Source: Octopus bimaculoides (taxonomy: Eukaryota). Taken from it: 42,469 bases of DNA. This document shows positions 1 through 11,676 of the stretch, in pieces. The notes under the pieces were generated by a model. It did no database searches. It worked only from the letters and a program-made list of their open reading frames with translations, and was not told the origin of the DNA. The stretch lies in NCBI RefSeq assembly GCF_001194135.2, contig NC_068987.1:88109227-88151695 (forward strand), written 5' to 3'. How positions within the stretch are numbered: the first letter of the stretch is position 1; each line of letters opens with the position of its first letter. The translations under genes and the position numbers were made by a program.

Positions 1-569
1 AAAAAAAAAAAAAAAAGCACCACCTTTTTGTTTGATCACTGATTAATTACTCTCTACCTCTTCGTGGAAATATTGATCTCTATATTATCTTCTGTGCCTT
101 TGTTGTCATTGACCACCAATAGAAAGGATGTTCTACCAGTCAATAACCATGTTTTCTTGTCTTTCCCTTGTTTCAGTCATGCCGCTGTCTCTTCTTCATA
201 CAACATACTCCCCCCCTCTCTCTCTTCCTTACTTGTATGGTTTATATGATTAGCCATTTTTACTACTACTATTATTATTAATAATAATAATAATATTTGC
301 TGTAGTTTACATCCTGCTGTATAAAATCTCATCATCTTCATATTCTGTATGGTGCCTGGCATTCATTGCTATTGTTGGAATATGCTGCTGTCTATTGAAA
401 TAGTGTACTAATGGATTCCCAAGTTGGCTCTGATATTCCTTGCCATTTCTTTTTCCTGTGTAGCTTTTACATTTTATATTTTCCCTGCTGTTTTAGATAT
501 TCTTGTCTAGCATCATTTTAAGTATATCACACACAAACACACCCAAGTATATATGTGTGTGTGTTTGAT

Positions 570-818
570 TTTTACTGGTTTCAATTATTAGACTGCAGCC
601 ATACTGAAGCACTGCCTTGGAGAATTTTAGTTGACTGAATTGTGCCTACCCCCCCCCCCCNNNNNNNNNNNNNNNNNNNNNCCCGCCAGTACTTTTTATT
701 TTTTAAACCTGGTCCTTATTCTGTCGGTCTGTTTTGCCAAACTGCTAAGTTACGGGGATGTAAACATGCCAATACTAGTTGTCAATTTGTGGTGGGGGAC
801 AAACACAGACACAAAGAG

Positions 819-849
<31 letters not shown>

Positions 850-987
850 CGATGGGCTTCTTTCAGTTTCTGCCTACCAAATCCACTCACAAGGTTTTGG
901 TTGGCCTGAGGTTATAGTAGAAGACACTTGCTCAAGGTGACATGCAGTAGGACTGAACCTAGAACCATGTGGTTGGGAAAAAAGCTT
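570..987 (-). mobile_element. Family B1 SINE (tRNA/CORE-like head, (TG/TA)n middle, AAAGA-type tail)
   Basis: Reverse complement of the shared head (…CACCTTGAGCAAGTGTCTTCTACTATAACCTCAGGCCAACC…GGTAGGCAGAAACTGAAAGAAGCC) and tail (CAGCATGGCCGCAGTC…GACTGAAAC). The ACCTTGGGCAAGT motif resembles the CORE-SINE domain (from memory). Confidence 0.85.
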
Positions 988-1419
988 ATTCTTTGACGTC
1001 CATTTTCCATATTGGCATGGGTTAGGGAAAATGGATGTGAAATGATGATGATGATGATGACGGTACATATATATATATATATATATATACATACATACAA
1101 TATTTCCATTATGTCCTTTATATTGTATCAAAGTTTCATGCATTTATTTGTAAAGTTTAGGAAGTTATTAAAAATTGAAACCCATCTGTGACTTTTGGGA
1201 CACACACATATATATACTCACATACACATATACACACATGCACACACATATATATATATACACATATACACACATGCACACACACACTCCAACTACTCCA
1301 AGAATGTAGTGGGTACTTTTACGTGCCACCAGCACGAGGGCCAGTCAGGTATATATGTATGTATGTACATATATGTATGTATCAAGATCAAATCAACTGG
1401 ATATTTTAGATGTGAGCCC

Positions 1420-1727
1420 CTGTGCCAGTGGCACGTAAAAAGCACCATCCGAATGTGGCCGATGCCAGTGCCACTTTGACTGGCTTCTGTGCTGGTGGCA
1501 CATAAAAAGTACCATCCGATCGTGGTCGATGCCAGCTCCTATGGCTCCTGTGCCGGTGGCACGTAAAAAGCACCCACTATACTCTCGGAGTGGTTGGCTT
1601 TAGGAAGTGCATCCTGCTGTAGAAACACTGCCAGATCAGATTGGGGCCTGGTGCAGCCTCCTAGCTTCCCAGACCCCAATTGAACTGTCCAACCCATGTC
1701 AACGTGGAAAGCTGACATAAAATGATG
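1420..1727 (+). mobile_element. Family C element (tandem ~60-67 nt units, GGAAGGGCATCC domain, RTE-type (GAT)n tail)
   Basis: TGGCACGTAAAAAGCACC anchors at 1429, 1496 and 1557, then GTGGTTGGCTTTAGGAAGTGCATCC and a tail AACCCATG…TAAAATGATG. Confidence 0.8.
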
Positions 1728-2135
1728 NNNNNNNNNNNNNNNNNNNNNNNNNNNNNNNNNNNNNNNNNNNNNNNNNNNNNNNNNNNNNNNNNNNNNNNNN
1801 NNNNNNNTATATATATATATATATATATATATTTTTATATATTCTGCAGAATAATAATGTCAAAACAGGAGATTGGGAAATTTTCTGGTATTGTTTATTA
1901 ATTTGTGTTTCATTTGCTAGTAGGAATTACAAAGTTGTACATGGAATGGAGAACATGTAAGATACGTCTTATTGGAAATTCTTCAGACAGAAAAATCAAA
2001 TAATATCATTTGATTTCTGTCAGAGGATGTCTTACATGTTTCTCCTACATGTACGGTTTTGTAACTCTTATTAGCAAATGAAACATGTGTGATGGGGAAT
2101 AAATAATACCAAGACTTTTTCCAATTTCCTGTTTT

Positions 2136-2136
<1 letters not shown>

Positions 2137-2175
<39 letters not shown>

Positions 2176-2377
2176 CATCACTGCTTGACAATTGTTGATG
2201 ATGCATTTACGTCCCTGTAACTTAGCGTTTTGGCAAAATAGACTGATAGAATAAATAACAAGCTCAAAAATACAAAAAGAAAAAAATGGGGGTTGCTTTG
2301 TTTGATTAAAGTTCTTGAAGGTGGTGCCGCAGCATGGCTGCAGTCTAATGACTGAAACCAGTAAAAGATGAAAGATA
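2137..2377 (+). mobile_element. Family B1 SINE, 3' half
   Basis: (TG)n followed by TTGACAA…GTAACTTAGCG…CAGCATGGCTGCAGTCTAATGACTGAAAC. Confidence 0.8.
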
Positions 2378-3716
2378 TCATCATTCAACATCCATGTTCC
2401 ATGCTGGCATGGGTTGGATGGTTTGACAAGATCTAATATGTCCAAGGACTGCATCATGCTCCAGTGCCTACTTTGGAATTCTTTCTATGGCTGGATGCTC
2501 TTCCTGATGCTAACCATTCTACCACATGCAAAGAGTGTTTGTTTTTTATCTTTTCTTGCCACCAGCACTAGACAGGTCACCATGTAGCTGGCAAGAGTAT
2601 GAGACCCAAGAGATCAGCTTTATGCCAGGATATGAGGGTTATAAGTTGGGTAAAAGCATGGGAGAAGTTTTGGCAGTTGGAGAGGTGGGGGCAGAGCTAG
2701 TTTGTTGCTGAAGTGGAGCTGCATAACTACTCATGCTTTAGGAGTGAGGGAAAGAGTGATCGAGTGGAGGTGGAGAGCAGGAGAAAAATAATAGTGATGA
2801 AGTGTTAGAGTAGACCTTCAAAGTATGAAGCAGGTTAGAAATGAGTGGGGGTAGAGGGACCTGGAGTGTGGTGGAGAGTAGGAGAATGATTGACAGTGTG
2901 GAACAGCTAAATAGTTATGATGAAGCAGCAAACGTGTCTGTGAGTCTGCCTGCCTGCCTATCTGCCTATCTTCTGCTGTATTAAAACTACTTAGATGCTA
3001 TCATTTTTTAAGGTCATTATTATAAAGGTCACTTGTAATATTTACACCAATTAGGTTTTATATTATAATTATATAGATTGCGTTGTCTCTTATTGTACCT
3101 GTAAGAAAATTGTCATTCATCTAACGAGAGAACTGCAGGAAAACCTGCAAACTGTTGGCTTATTTCTTTGTCATTAATTGTATTTTTTTTGTTTTGTTTT
3201 TATATTCATTTTAATATTTATATTTGCCCATTCTACTTGAGGATTAAACCCAGCATATTTTAAAGAGAACTGCAGGCCAAATAGCTTAATGTCCGGTAGA
3301 CAAGAGAGCCAGGCAAAGTGTTTTTATCTTTGTGTGGTGGCTCATGGATTTGAGTTTGGTTTCCACCGTATTCAGCTTTGCATTTCAAATCTTTGGGGAT
3401 TATTAAAAACAGTTAAGGCTTACCTGATAGATTTGTCAATCCACAAGTTGGTGTACACTCTGCACTAATTCAATCTGTTGCACTTGTTTGGAATTATCAG
3501 ACTGGCATGCTGCCTATAGGCTATTAAGGATTATTGTGGTTGTTGAACTGGCTAGAAAGAGCAGTTGAGTCTTATTGTAAGTTTAAATAATGAAAAGAGA
3601 TGTGAGAATCCAGGACAGTGTAGTGTTGGATACATTATACTTTAATCAAAATATAAACAGCTTTTCTTATTGATCACAGCTAGAAAATATGGCATTAACA
3701 TATTCAGAAATAAATA

Positions 3717-4639
3717 TATGAGGGTGAGTCAAAAAGTAATGCTATTTTGTTTAGGACAGGTGTAATCACCAACACAGGAACATGTATCATACATCAAAAT
3801 GAAGCTGGTCCTCTGTGGATCACATCCCTACTTCTCAATATATTCACCGTTTCTCTCAATAGCAATGTTCCACCTTCGAATGAGAGCATGTATCCCTGCC
3901 CCGTAAAATTCTGTTGACTGTTCTTTGAGCCACTTCTTCACTACAGTTTTCACTTCCTCGTCATTGGAATAATGTTTGCCTCTCAAACCCTCTTTCATGG
4001 AGCCAAAGAGGTGTTGTCTCTTTAGCTTTCTTCGAGAAGTTCAGTGCAGGCATTGACCCTGTCAGTCTTGCGTTCGGTAGTCATCTCTCTCGGTACCCAA
4101 CGAGTACACACTTTTGAAAAGCCAAGTGATTCGACAATGTTGTAAGCACTTCCATGGCTCACATCAAGGTTCTCTGCCAACTCATCAAGAGTTATGCGCC
4201 TGTCTTCTCTGATCAGAGCATCTGCTTTTCTTTTATTGGCAGGTTTTACAGAAGCGGCCAGCCGGCCAGAACAGGCTTTATTGGTTACATTCACAGTTCG
4301 TACCTTTTCATCTTTCAGACAATAGACCCACCTGCATACATTGCTATAATCTAAAGTATTGTCCTCAAAAACGATTTTGTAATCATCAGTGAATGTTCAC
4401 AGGGGTTTCCCTCCTCAGCAACAAGAAATTCAATCACTGCTCTTTGTTTTTGATGTAACTCTAAGGGGGGCAGCTATTTTGAATTTTCCTTGCCAGTCTA
4501 AAAACCTGAAAAGTAAGAAACAAAATATTTCAGAACATGAATGATATAATTTATAACTGGGAAAATTTTCAGTTATTTTTATCAAAGACTTCACTTGAAA
4601 TAAAGAAAATGGCATTACTTTTTTTGTCTTACCCTCGTA
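3717..4639 (-). mobile_element. Internally deleted mariner DNA transposon with TIRs and TA target duplication
   Basis: Left end TA-TGAGGGTGAGTCAAAAAGTAATGC (3717-3742) and right end GCATTACTTTTTTTGTCTTACCCTCG-TA (4612-4639) are imperfect inverted repeats. Degenerate transposase on the minus strand. Confidence 0.93.
3828..4460 (-). pseudogene. Mariner transposase remnant lacking the catalytic core
   Basis: The N-terminal part (QRAVIEFL...DRRITLDELAENLDVSHGSAYNIVESLGFSKVCTRWVPREM, with the WVP motif) joins directly at ~4014-4024 to the C-terminus HLFGSMKEGLRGKHYSNDEEVKTVVKKWLKEQSTEFYGAGIHALIRRWNIAIERNGEYIEK*. The DD34D core and YSPDLAP motif are absent. Stops and frameshifts are present. Confidence 0.9.
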
Positions 4640-5787
4640 TTAGACCGTCATTACCATCTTTGTTTTAATGTCTACATTTCAATGTTTGTGTGAGTTGGAG
4701 AGAAATTGTTGTGACCCTGTTACTAACCTTCACCTATTCCCAAGTGAAACTGTAAATGAAGAACACCGCTTGCATGACTGATGTTCACCACCACGTGATG
4801 TCTAGGCAAGGAGACAGTAACACAGAAGACACACACACATTCATGCATACATATATAAATATACATACACAAAAGGCTTCTTTCAGTTTCTGTCTACTGA
4901 ATCCAGTCAATGCTTTGGTTGGTTTGGAGCCATAGCAGAAAACACTCACCTAAGGTGCCCCACAGTGAGACTGAACTCAGAGCAAACTTCTTATCATGCA
5001 GCCACTTCTGCACCTATATTAACTATTTATGGAAGTCTTACAAAACATAAATTTTTAAAATCTTTGATTTTATATTCTTTTGGTTATGTGATGCCACTAT
5101 CTTGCATAATTAAACCTCGTCCTGTTTTGTACAGGCTATCGTTATAGCCAAGAGCTAAAGGAGGAAATCTTCTGAAGAAATTATTACTTGTGGCAGTGTT
5201 GAAGATGAATGTTTGCTTGGAATTTGGCCCCAAAGTGTAAAGACCACAGCTAACACCTGCCGTAATCTGGTCATGCTTGTGAGAAACATTTATAGTTAGA
5301 GATAATATTACTAGTAACATGCTTAAAAGAAAATATTCTTGCAAGCAGCTTTCATGATTATGTTAAATATCTTTGAAAGCAGCACCAAGGAGACATTAAG
5401 ACTAGGTTATCAATTACTGTTAATTACTTTTCACATTTTAAATACACCTTAGCATTTATCAGATTCAGAATGCTATTGGGAGATTCTTTTCAATATTTTA
5501 AGCGTCAACACTATAATTCATATCATGATAACTCTTTTCAGATCAAACTTATTAAACCTGCATTTAATTTATTTAATTCATCAACTGGCAACAAAGCAAT
5601 GTAATTACTGAAGATGGTAAATTTCATTATGCTGCTATTCTATGATAATTTTTATCCAAAATTTAATGGTTATTATTTTTCTCATAATAATTGCAATAAT
5701 TGCTCTATAAAAGTAGGTAATATTGTTCAGAACTGTTTCTTTCTCTTATAATTTCTATATCCATTTTTACTGTTCTCTCTCTCTCTC

Positions 5788-5975
5788 TGTCTCTGTGCAT
5801 CATTATCATCATACATCAGAGTCTCCATCTTTACATGAGTTGAAAATATTTTCACTAACCTAGCATCTCTGTCACTTGTGGTCATTTGTCATCTTTGTGA
5901 GGTTCAGCCTCCTGAGATCAACTTTCAAGTAACATTTCCGATATCTTCTTCCTTGGTCTTCCTCTTTCACTCGCA
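5788..5975 (-). mobile_element. RTE-clade LINE 3' fragment
   Basis: Minus strand reads ERGRPRKK...KVDLRRLNLTKMTNDHK*QR, resembling the RTE ORF C-terminus (GRPRKxW...DL). A degenerate (GAT)n tail lies near 5788-5812. Confidence 0.55.
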
Positions 5976-6427
5976 TTAAACTATAACCAAAAGCTGACTA
6001 CTTCAGTGTTCGCAAAATTATGCTTTTACATCAATCAATAATCTGTGTTCAAAACATTAACCTGTTTCTTTTTCCGTCCACCAACCCTATAAATGTATGT
6101 TCTTGAGTTGTGTTTAAATGTTGTAGAAGTACATTTTAGTGGATTCTACAACCAGAATTTTCCATCTGTTGGCTTAGTTCCCATTGATAGCTTTCTGTTT
6201 CAGATTGAATTCATGTCCAATGACTCATTTAATTTTTTTTTCATCCATTTTTGTAAGACATGTACTGGATATACAGAGAGACAGTTTAATGTTGGTTGCT
6301 GCTTTTTACCCATGCCTTCTAAATGTCATTCAGTCTATGATAAATTCTGAACTCACTTCTCATAGAAGACTAGTTTATTCAGCTTTGTGGACCTTACTTA
6401 ACAGGACTCTGGTATTTTTCATGTCCT

Positions 6428-7069
6428 GATTATTATTATTATTATTATTATTGTTGTTGTTGTTATTATTATTATCATTATTTAAGATGCCACACAGTAT
6501 CCAATATCATGATGTTGATGATTGAAGATATTGTATTTACTGGGGGTTTATACTGTCTGTCAAGTCACAAGAACAACCTCAGGCAGACAGTACTTTATTC
6601 AATATGCGTGCAGTTCCAAGTAATGCCGATTTTTGCAATACACCTAGAGTGTAGGGTATTTCTAAGTTTCCAGATGTTTTTCAGGTTGGCTGGTATTGAA
6701 CCCAATGCTCCGATGACAAAAGAGACAACCTTTATGTCTGACTCTCATAACTGCAACATCTTAGCAATCTCAATTCTCAGTTCTCCATATTTACCAATCT
6801 TTTCTCTATCTTTCATGATGATATGTTGATCTCTTGGCACTGCCATGTCGATTATTAGACACTCTTGTTTGTCCCTCCTAGAGGTTACTATATCTGGCCT
6901 TCGGTGCTCTAACACCTTGTCTGTCTGAGAATCAAAGTCCCAGAGGATTTTTGCCTAACCCCATTTTGTCCATTACCTTTTCCAGTGTATGTTGGTACCA
7001 AGCACTTGTTACTTTGTATCTATACTTACGGCATAGTAGCCAGTGGAGGTTTTGGGCTACCTTGTCATG
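6428..7069 (-). mobile_element. 5'-truncated non-LTR retrotransposon with restriction-like endonuclease (R4/Dong-like), 3' end
   Basis: Minus strand 7069->6579 gives HDKVAQNLHWLLCRKY...(fs)KILWDFDSQTDKVLEHRRPDIVTSRRDKQECLIIDMAVPRDQHIIMKDREKIGKYGELRIEI...VIGALG...(fs)LQKSALLGTARILNKVLSA*, a classic PD-(D/E)xK RLE C-terminus. A short 3' UTR and an (AAT)n tail follow at 6428-6483. Confidence 0.88.
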
Positions 7070-7290
7070 TGTGTGTGTGCGGGTGTTTGTCTTCCTATCA
7101 TCGTTTGACAATTGATGTTGGTGTGTTTATGCCCACGTAACTTAGAGGTTTGGCAAAAGAGACTGATAGAATAAGTTGTAGGTTTACAAAGAATAAGTCC
7201 TGGGGTGGGTTTGGTTGACTAAAGGCGGTGCTCCAGCATGGCCGCAGTCAAATGACTGAAACAAGTGAAAGAATGTAAGAATATAAGAAA
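7070..7290 (+). mobile_element. Family B1 SINE, 3' half abutting the RLE LINE fragment
   Basis: Same B1 tail, GGTGCTCCAGCATGGCCGCAGTCAAATGACTGAAACAAG. Confidence 0.8.
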
Positions 7291-7400
7291 CAGTTACTCT
7301 TGTTGAGTGTACATGATATAGTTGTCCATTCTTAGTGAATTGATTACACAAGACTTGTGTCTCAGATGAGTGATTTCACTAAATTTTCTAATTCTCACAG

Positions 7401-7510
7401 GAAGGAAGAGATGTAAAAGTTACAAGTTTTAGCTTTTGCTTCTATAATAGAAAATTTTACTGCCTTACTAAAACAAAAGAATTGGTTTTGAAATTGCGAC
7501 TAAATTATAG
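7401..7510 (+). other. Candidate non-coding 5' UTR exon of AP2A
   Basis: 110-nt unique segment between acceptor ttttctaattctcacag and donor TAG|gtaagc, about 1.4 kb upstream of the ATG exon, whose own acceptor implies an upstream exon. Based on splice motifs only. Confidence 0.3.
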
Positions 7511-7699
7511 GTAAGCTGTGTTTGTGTAGCAGAAGTGACAAAATGATTGCCCATACCATGTTGAAAGATTTCCATAATTGTATCTGATTGTGAAGAATTG
7601 TTTTAAAGCTTCATGTATCTTAAATAATGTTGAGCTAAAATCGTACATACACATGCAAAAATGATGATGGTGATCATCATCATTATCATTTATTGTCCT

Positions 7700-8220
7700 T
7701 GTGAATGAATTTGGTTGGCAGAAACTGTGCAGAAGCAGTTTTAAGGTGGTGAGCTGGCAGAAACGTTAGCACGCCGGGCGAAATGCTTAGCGGTATTTCT
7801 GAGTTCAAATTCCGCCAAGGTCAACTTTGCCTTTCATCCTTACAGGGTCGATAAATTAAGTATCAGTTGCGCACTGGGGTCGATGTCATCGACTTAATCC
7901 CTTTGTCTGTCCTTGTTTGTCCCCTCTATGTTTAGCCCTTTGTGGGTAATAAAGAAATAAGAAACTGTGCAGAAGCCTGCCAATCATACACATGCCTATA
8001 TGTATGTGTGTGTCTCTTTGTGTTTGTCCTCCACCACTTTGTGATAACTGGTGTTGGTTTGTTTACATGTCCATAACTTAGCGGTTTGACAAAAGGAACT
8101 GACAAAATACGTACCAGACTTAAACCAATTAACTCCTGTATTTATAATATTTTGGCTAAATCCCTTGAGGTGGTACCTCAGCATGGCCACAGTCTGTTGA
8201 TTGAAACAAAGAAAAGATAA
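7700..8220 (+). mobile_element. Family B1 SINE interrupted by A1
   Basis: B sequence is collinear on both sides of the A1 TSD. Confidence 0.75.
7737..7959 (+). mobile_element. Family A1 tRNA-derived SINE with 17-bp TSD, nested in a family B SINE
   Basis: Head GGTGGTGAGCTGGCAGAA, body CTTTGCCTTTCATCCTT..GGGTCGATAAATTAAGTA, tail AATAAAGAAATA. TSD AGAAACTGTGCAGAAGC at 7720-7736 and 7960-7976. Confidence 0.9.
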
Positions 8221-8905
8221 ACATGCATTTATATTAACTTTATCTAGTTTTTAATGGAGTGTTAGAGTTTTGGATAAGATGCCTTGCTGTGTAGTTCATC
8301 CAGTGCTTTACACTGAGTTTGCTTACAACCACTGCAGCATCATCATTTAATGTCTGTTTTCTATGCTGGCATGGGTTGGTAAGCCACTCAGTTATGTTGA
8401 ACTCCAGTGTCTGCTTTGGCATGGTTTCTACATCTGGATGCCTTTCCTAATGCCAACCACTTCAGAATGTGCTGGACGGTTTTTTTTTTTGTTTTTTTTT
8501 GTACTGCCTGCATTATAGGGGTTACAAAGTAGCTTGCAAGACAAGAAAAGTATAAGAAAAAGGGAAAAGAAAGAAAAAAGAAAAGCAGGTGGGGGTGTAT
8601 TTGAGAAGTTGCTGTGGTTTTTATGCCAAGTGTTGGGTGGCTAAAGTATGCTAGCAGGACAAGCACTGGTGCCTTGCTATAGAGAAGATACATGGTCACT
8701 TAGATCATTGGTGTTGAAGGGAGTGGTTGCTTCATGTGCAGCTTCATGCAGACCTGCACTCTTGAGAGGTGCAGTTATATGGTTAACCTTCACTGAGGGA
8801 GGTAGGGGCCTTTGAATGTCCCTGTTTGTTTCTTCACTTTTTTAAAGCTTTTATATTAACTAATTAAATCTTTTATTCTTTTCCAGGTGAAAGTAAGCCT
8901 CCAAA

Positions 8906-8969
8906 ATGCCTGCTGTAAAAGGGGATGGAATGCGGGGACTGTCAGTCTTTATATCTGACATAAGAAATT
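8906..8969 (+). CDS. AP2A: First coding exon of AP-2 complex subunit alpha (alpha-adaptin). The exon spans 8887-8969 including 19 nt of 5' UTR.
   Basis: Translates to [21 protein letters not shown] plus one T, matching the conserved alpha-adaptin N-terminus ([23 protein letters not shown] in vertebrates). Acceptor ttttattcttttccag ends at 8886, start context is ccaaaATG, and a phase-1 donor T|gtaagt begins at 8970. I recall vertebrate AP2A exon 1 ending at the same position. Confidence 0.93.
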
Positions 8970-9222
8970 GTAAGTACCAACATTTTTCAACTTTGTTATT
9001 TTGTGAGAATTTTTTTTTTTTTAATTTTGAAAATGTGTTTGTTAGTAATTGAAGGGGGGGGGGGGAAAAGAAATCAAATAAATAAAACACCCAGATGCAG
9101 TTATGGCCAGGTGGTTAAGGAGTTTGCCTAGCAACCACAAAGCTTTCAGTTATTTCTTACAGCACAGCACACTGAGTTGACCAACGTCTTGTCAATGACT
9201 GTGGTAGACAGAAACTGAAGGA

Positions 9223-9453
9223 GGTGGTAAGCTGGCAGAAACGTTAGCATGCCAGGCAAAATGCTTAGCAGTATTTCATCTGTCTTTACATTCTGAGTTC
9301 AAATTCCACCGAGGCTGACTTTGCCTTTCATCCTTTCGGGGTCGATAAATTAAGTACCAGTTACGCATTGGGGGTCGATGTAATCGACTTAATCCCTTTG
9401 TCTGTCCTTGTTTGTCCCCTCTATGTTTGCCTCTTGTGGGTAATAAAAGAATA
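9223..9453 (+). mobile_element. Family A1 SINE with 13-bp TSD, nested in a family B SINE
   Basis: TSD AGAAACTGAAGGA at 9210-9222 and 9454-9466. Near-identical to the 7737-7959 copy. Confidence 0.9.
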
Positions 9454-10125
9454 AGAAACTGAAGGAAGTGTGTTACATACATCTGTGTCTATGTTTGTGC
9501 ATGAATGTGGCATCTCACGGCTGCACTTGAATGAAATGTTAACCTGTATACATTTCTTGTGAGCTACTTGAGTGTGTCCATATGTGCATTTCTGCAAGAA
9601 TAACACCACAATGCTAGTTATTGCCCTATTGTTTTTCTTCTACTGACCAAACCACTGTAATCTTGACCAGTTCTAGTCTTCCATACATTGTAAATAACAT
9701 GGGGTGAATTTTGTGTGTATATTTAGAGTTGAATCATAAATACAGCAGCCATGATGTTCTGGCAATTAAATCAGCTATCTTTATGTGCCTTAATTTGTGA
9801 ATATACAATTGTAGTGTTTAACGCCAAGGATACATATTGATACAGACATGTTCGTATAGTTTTGCATATTTAAATTAATAATACTACATGTAGACGGTTA
9901 TGGAATGGCTGTAATCATATAGGGTTTGGGGCTTTGTGATTCCATATATGGGATTTGGGTCACCCAAGTTAACAAAGAACTTACTAGATCTGTGAACTAA
10001 AGTGTAAAATTTATATCACTAAAAAATTTAAAAAATGATAAATTAAACTGATTAGAACTACCAGTGAAGTCAGTCTTCTTTCTTTTTTCAAATATACCGA
10101 ACTGTACCAAGGGTCTCACACATTT

Positions 10126-10178
<53 letters not shown>

Positions 10179-10293
10179 GCACGGAATTTTGTCAATGAAC
10201 AGGTCGTGTTCTCAAAGCGCTGAAAATANNNNNNNNNNTTCATTCCAGCACTCGATCTCAGATCAGGTCGCTTGCTATGCAAGTACATCTCCG

Positions 10294-10328
<35 letters not shown>

Positions 10329-10651
10329 TGTATAGTGTGTAGAATAAGAGGTATTTTCATTGTTTAGAATTATCAGCTGCTGATAGTTGTTTAGCCCTAG
10401 GTCAGCCCCTGATTGAGCAGTTCTATAACCAAAAGAACTTTTCAATATTGTACTATAAAGTTTGGAATTCTGTGGAGAGTACAATTTAATTAATGATTAA
10501 TTATTCATTATGACATCGGCAAATTATTTGTAAACAAATTTGTGACCTGATTTTCTTTGGAGATCATTAAAAATTCAATATTGGATAAATGATAGCATCG
10601 ATGAGTATACAGTATGTGTGTGTGTGTCTGTGTGTGTTATTAATGTATGAA

Positions 10652-11037
10652 GGTGATTAGCTGGCAGAATCATTTGCATTCTGGAAGAAATGCTTGGCAG
10701 CATTTCGTCTGTCTCTGTGGTCTGAGTTCAAACTCTGCCAAGGTCAACTTTGCCTTTCATCCTTTCGGGATCGATAAAATAAGTACCAGTTGAGTACTGG
10801 GGTCAGTGTAATCGACTGACTCCTCCTCCTCCTCCACCTCCACCTCCCTCCCTCCCTCCAAATGCTGGCCTTGTGCCCGAATACATAACAACTGAGTTGG
10901 CAAACTGGCAGAATTGCTAGCATACAAGCATTTGTTTTGATTCTTTACATTCTGAGTTCAAATTCCACCAAGGTTGGACATTGCCTTTCGTCCTTTTGGG
11001 CGGGTCAATAAAATATTGTACCATGTGAGTGGATTTG
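10652..11037 (+). mobile_element. Two tandem older family A (A2) SINE copies
   Basis: Heads AGCTGGCAGAAT at ~10660 and AACTGGCAGAAT at ~10903 with the CTTTGCCTTTCATCCTTT body. The second copy runs into a gap. Confidence 0.75.
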
Positions 11038-11484
11038 NNNNNNNNNNNNNNNNNNNNNNNNNNNNNNNNNNNNNNNNNNNNNNNNNNNNNNNNNNNNNNN
11101 NNNNNNNNNNNNNNNNNNNNNNNNNNNNNNNNNNNNNNNNNNNNNNNNNNNNNNNNNNNNNNNNNNNNNNNNNNNNNNNNNNNNNNNNNNNNNNNNNNNN
11201 NNNNNNNNNNNNNNNNNNNNNNNNNNNNNNNNNNNNNNNNNNNNNNNNNNNNNNNNNNNNNNNNNNNNNNNNNNNNNNNNNNNNNNNNNNNNNNNNNNNN
11301 NNNNNNNNNNNNNNNNNNNNNNNNNNNNNNNATTTAGGGCAGTGCCCCAGCATGGCCACAGTCTAATGACTGAAACAAAAGAAAAAAGATATTGTAAAAA
11401 AAACCCCAATAAATCTGCTTAATGTGCATGGATTATTTTAGTGAGGTTTAGAATACAGCTCGACTGGTGCCATGTGATGCTTAA

Positions 11485-11676
11485 TTAGCCAGTGGCATGT
11501 AAAAGCACCCACTACACTCTCGGAGTGGTTGGCATTTAGGAAGGGCATCCAGCCGTAGAAACTCTGCCAAATCAGATTGGAGCCTGGTATAGCCATCTGG
11601 TCCACCAGTCCTCAGTCAAATCGTCCAGCCCATGCTAGCATGGAAAGCGGACGTTAACCGACGATGATGATGATGA
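11485..11676 (+). mobile_element. Family C element, single unit
   Basis: GTGGCATGTAAAAGCACCCACTACACTCTCGG through ACGTTAACCGACGATGATGATGATG. Confidence 0.8.

Noticed and set aside
1420-1580. CRISPR-like appearance of the ~65-nt periodic repeats
   Set aside because: Eukaryotic context, the 'spacers' are homologous to each other, the array is part of a dispersed retroelement, and there are no cas genes.
5084-5344. 86-aa minus-strand ORF with protein-like composition
   Set aside because: No recognisable family, weak splice signals and antisense to the host gene. Homology would be needed.
9968-9995. VNKELTRS resembling AP2A exon 2 (INKELANIRS)
   Set aside because: Flanking residues do not match, a stop follows, and there are no splice sites.
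10176-10293. Repeat-like segment between (TA)n tracts with CTGATCTGA on the minus strand
   Set aside because: Not a CUGANGA core, no GAAA/stem arrangement is visible, and it is interrupted by a gap. Class undetermined.
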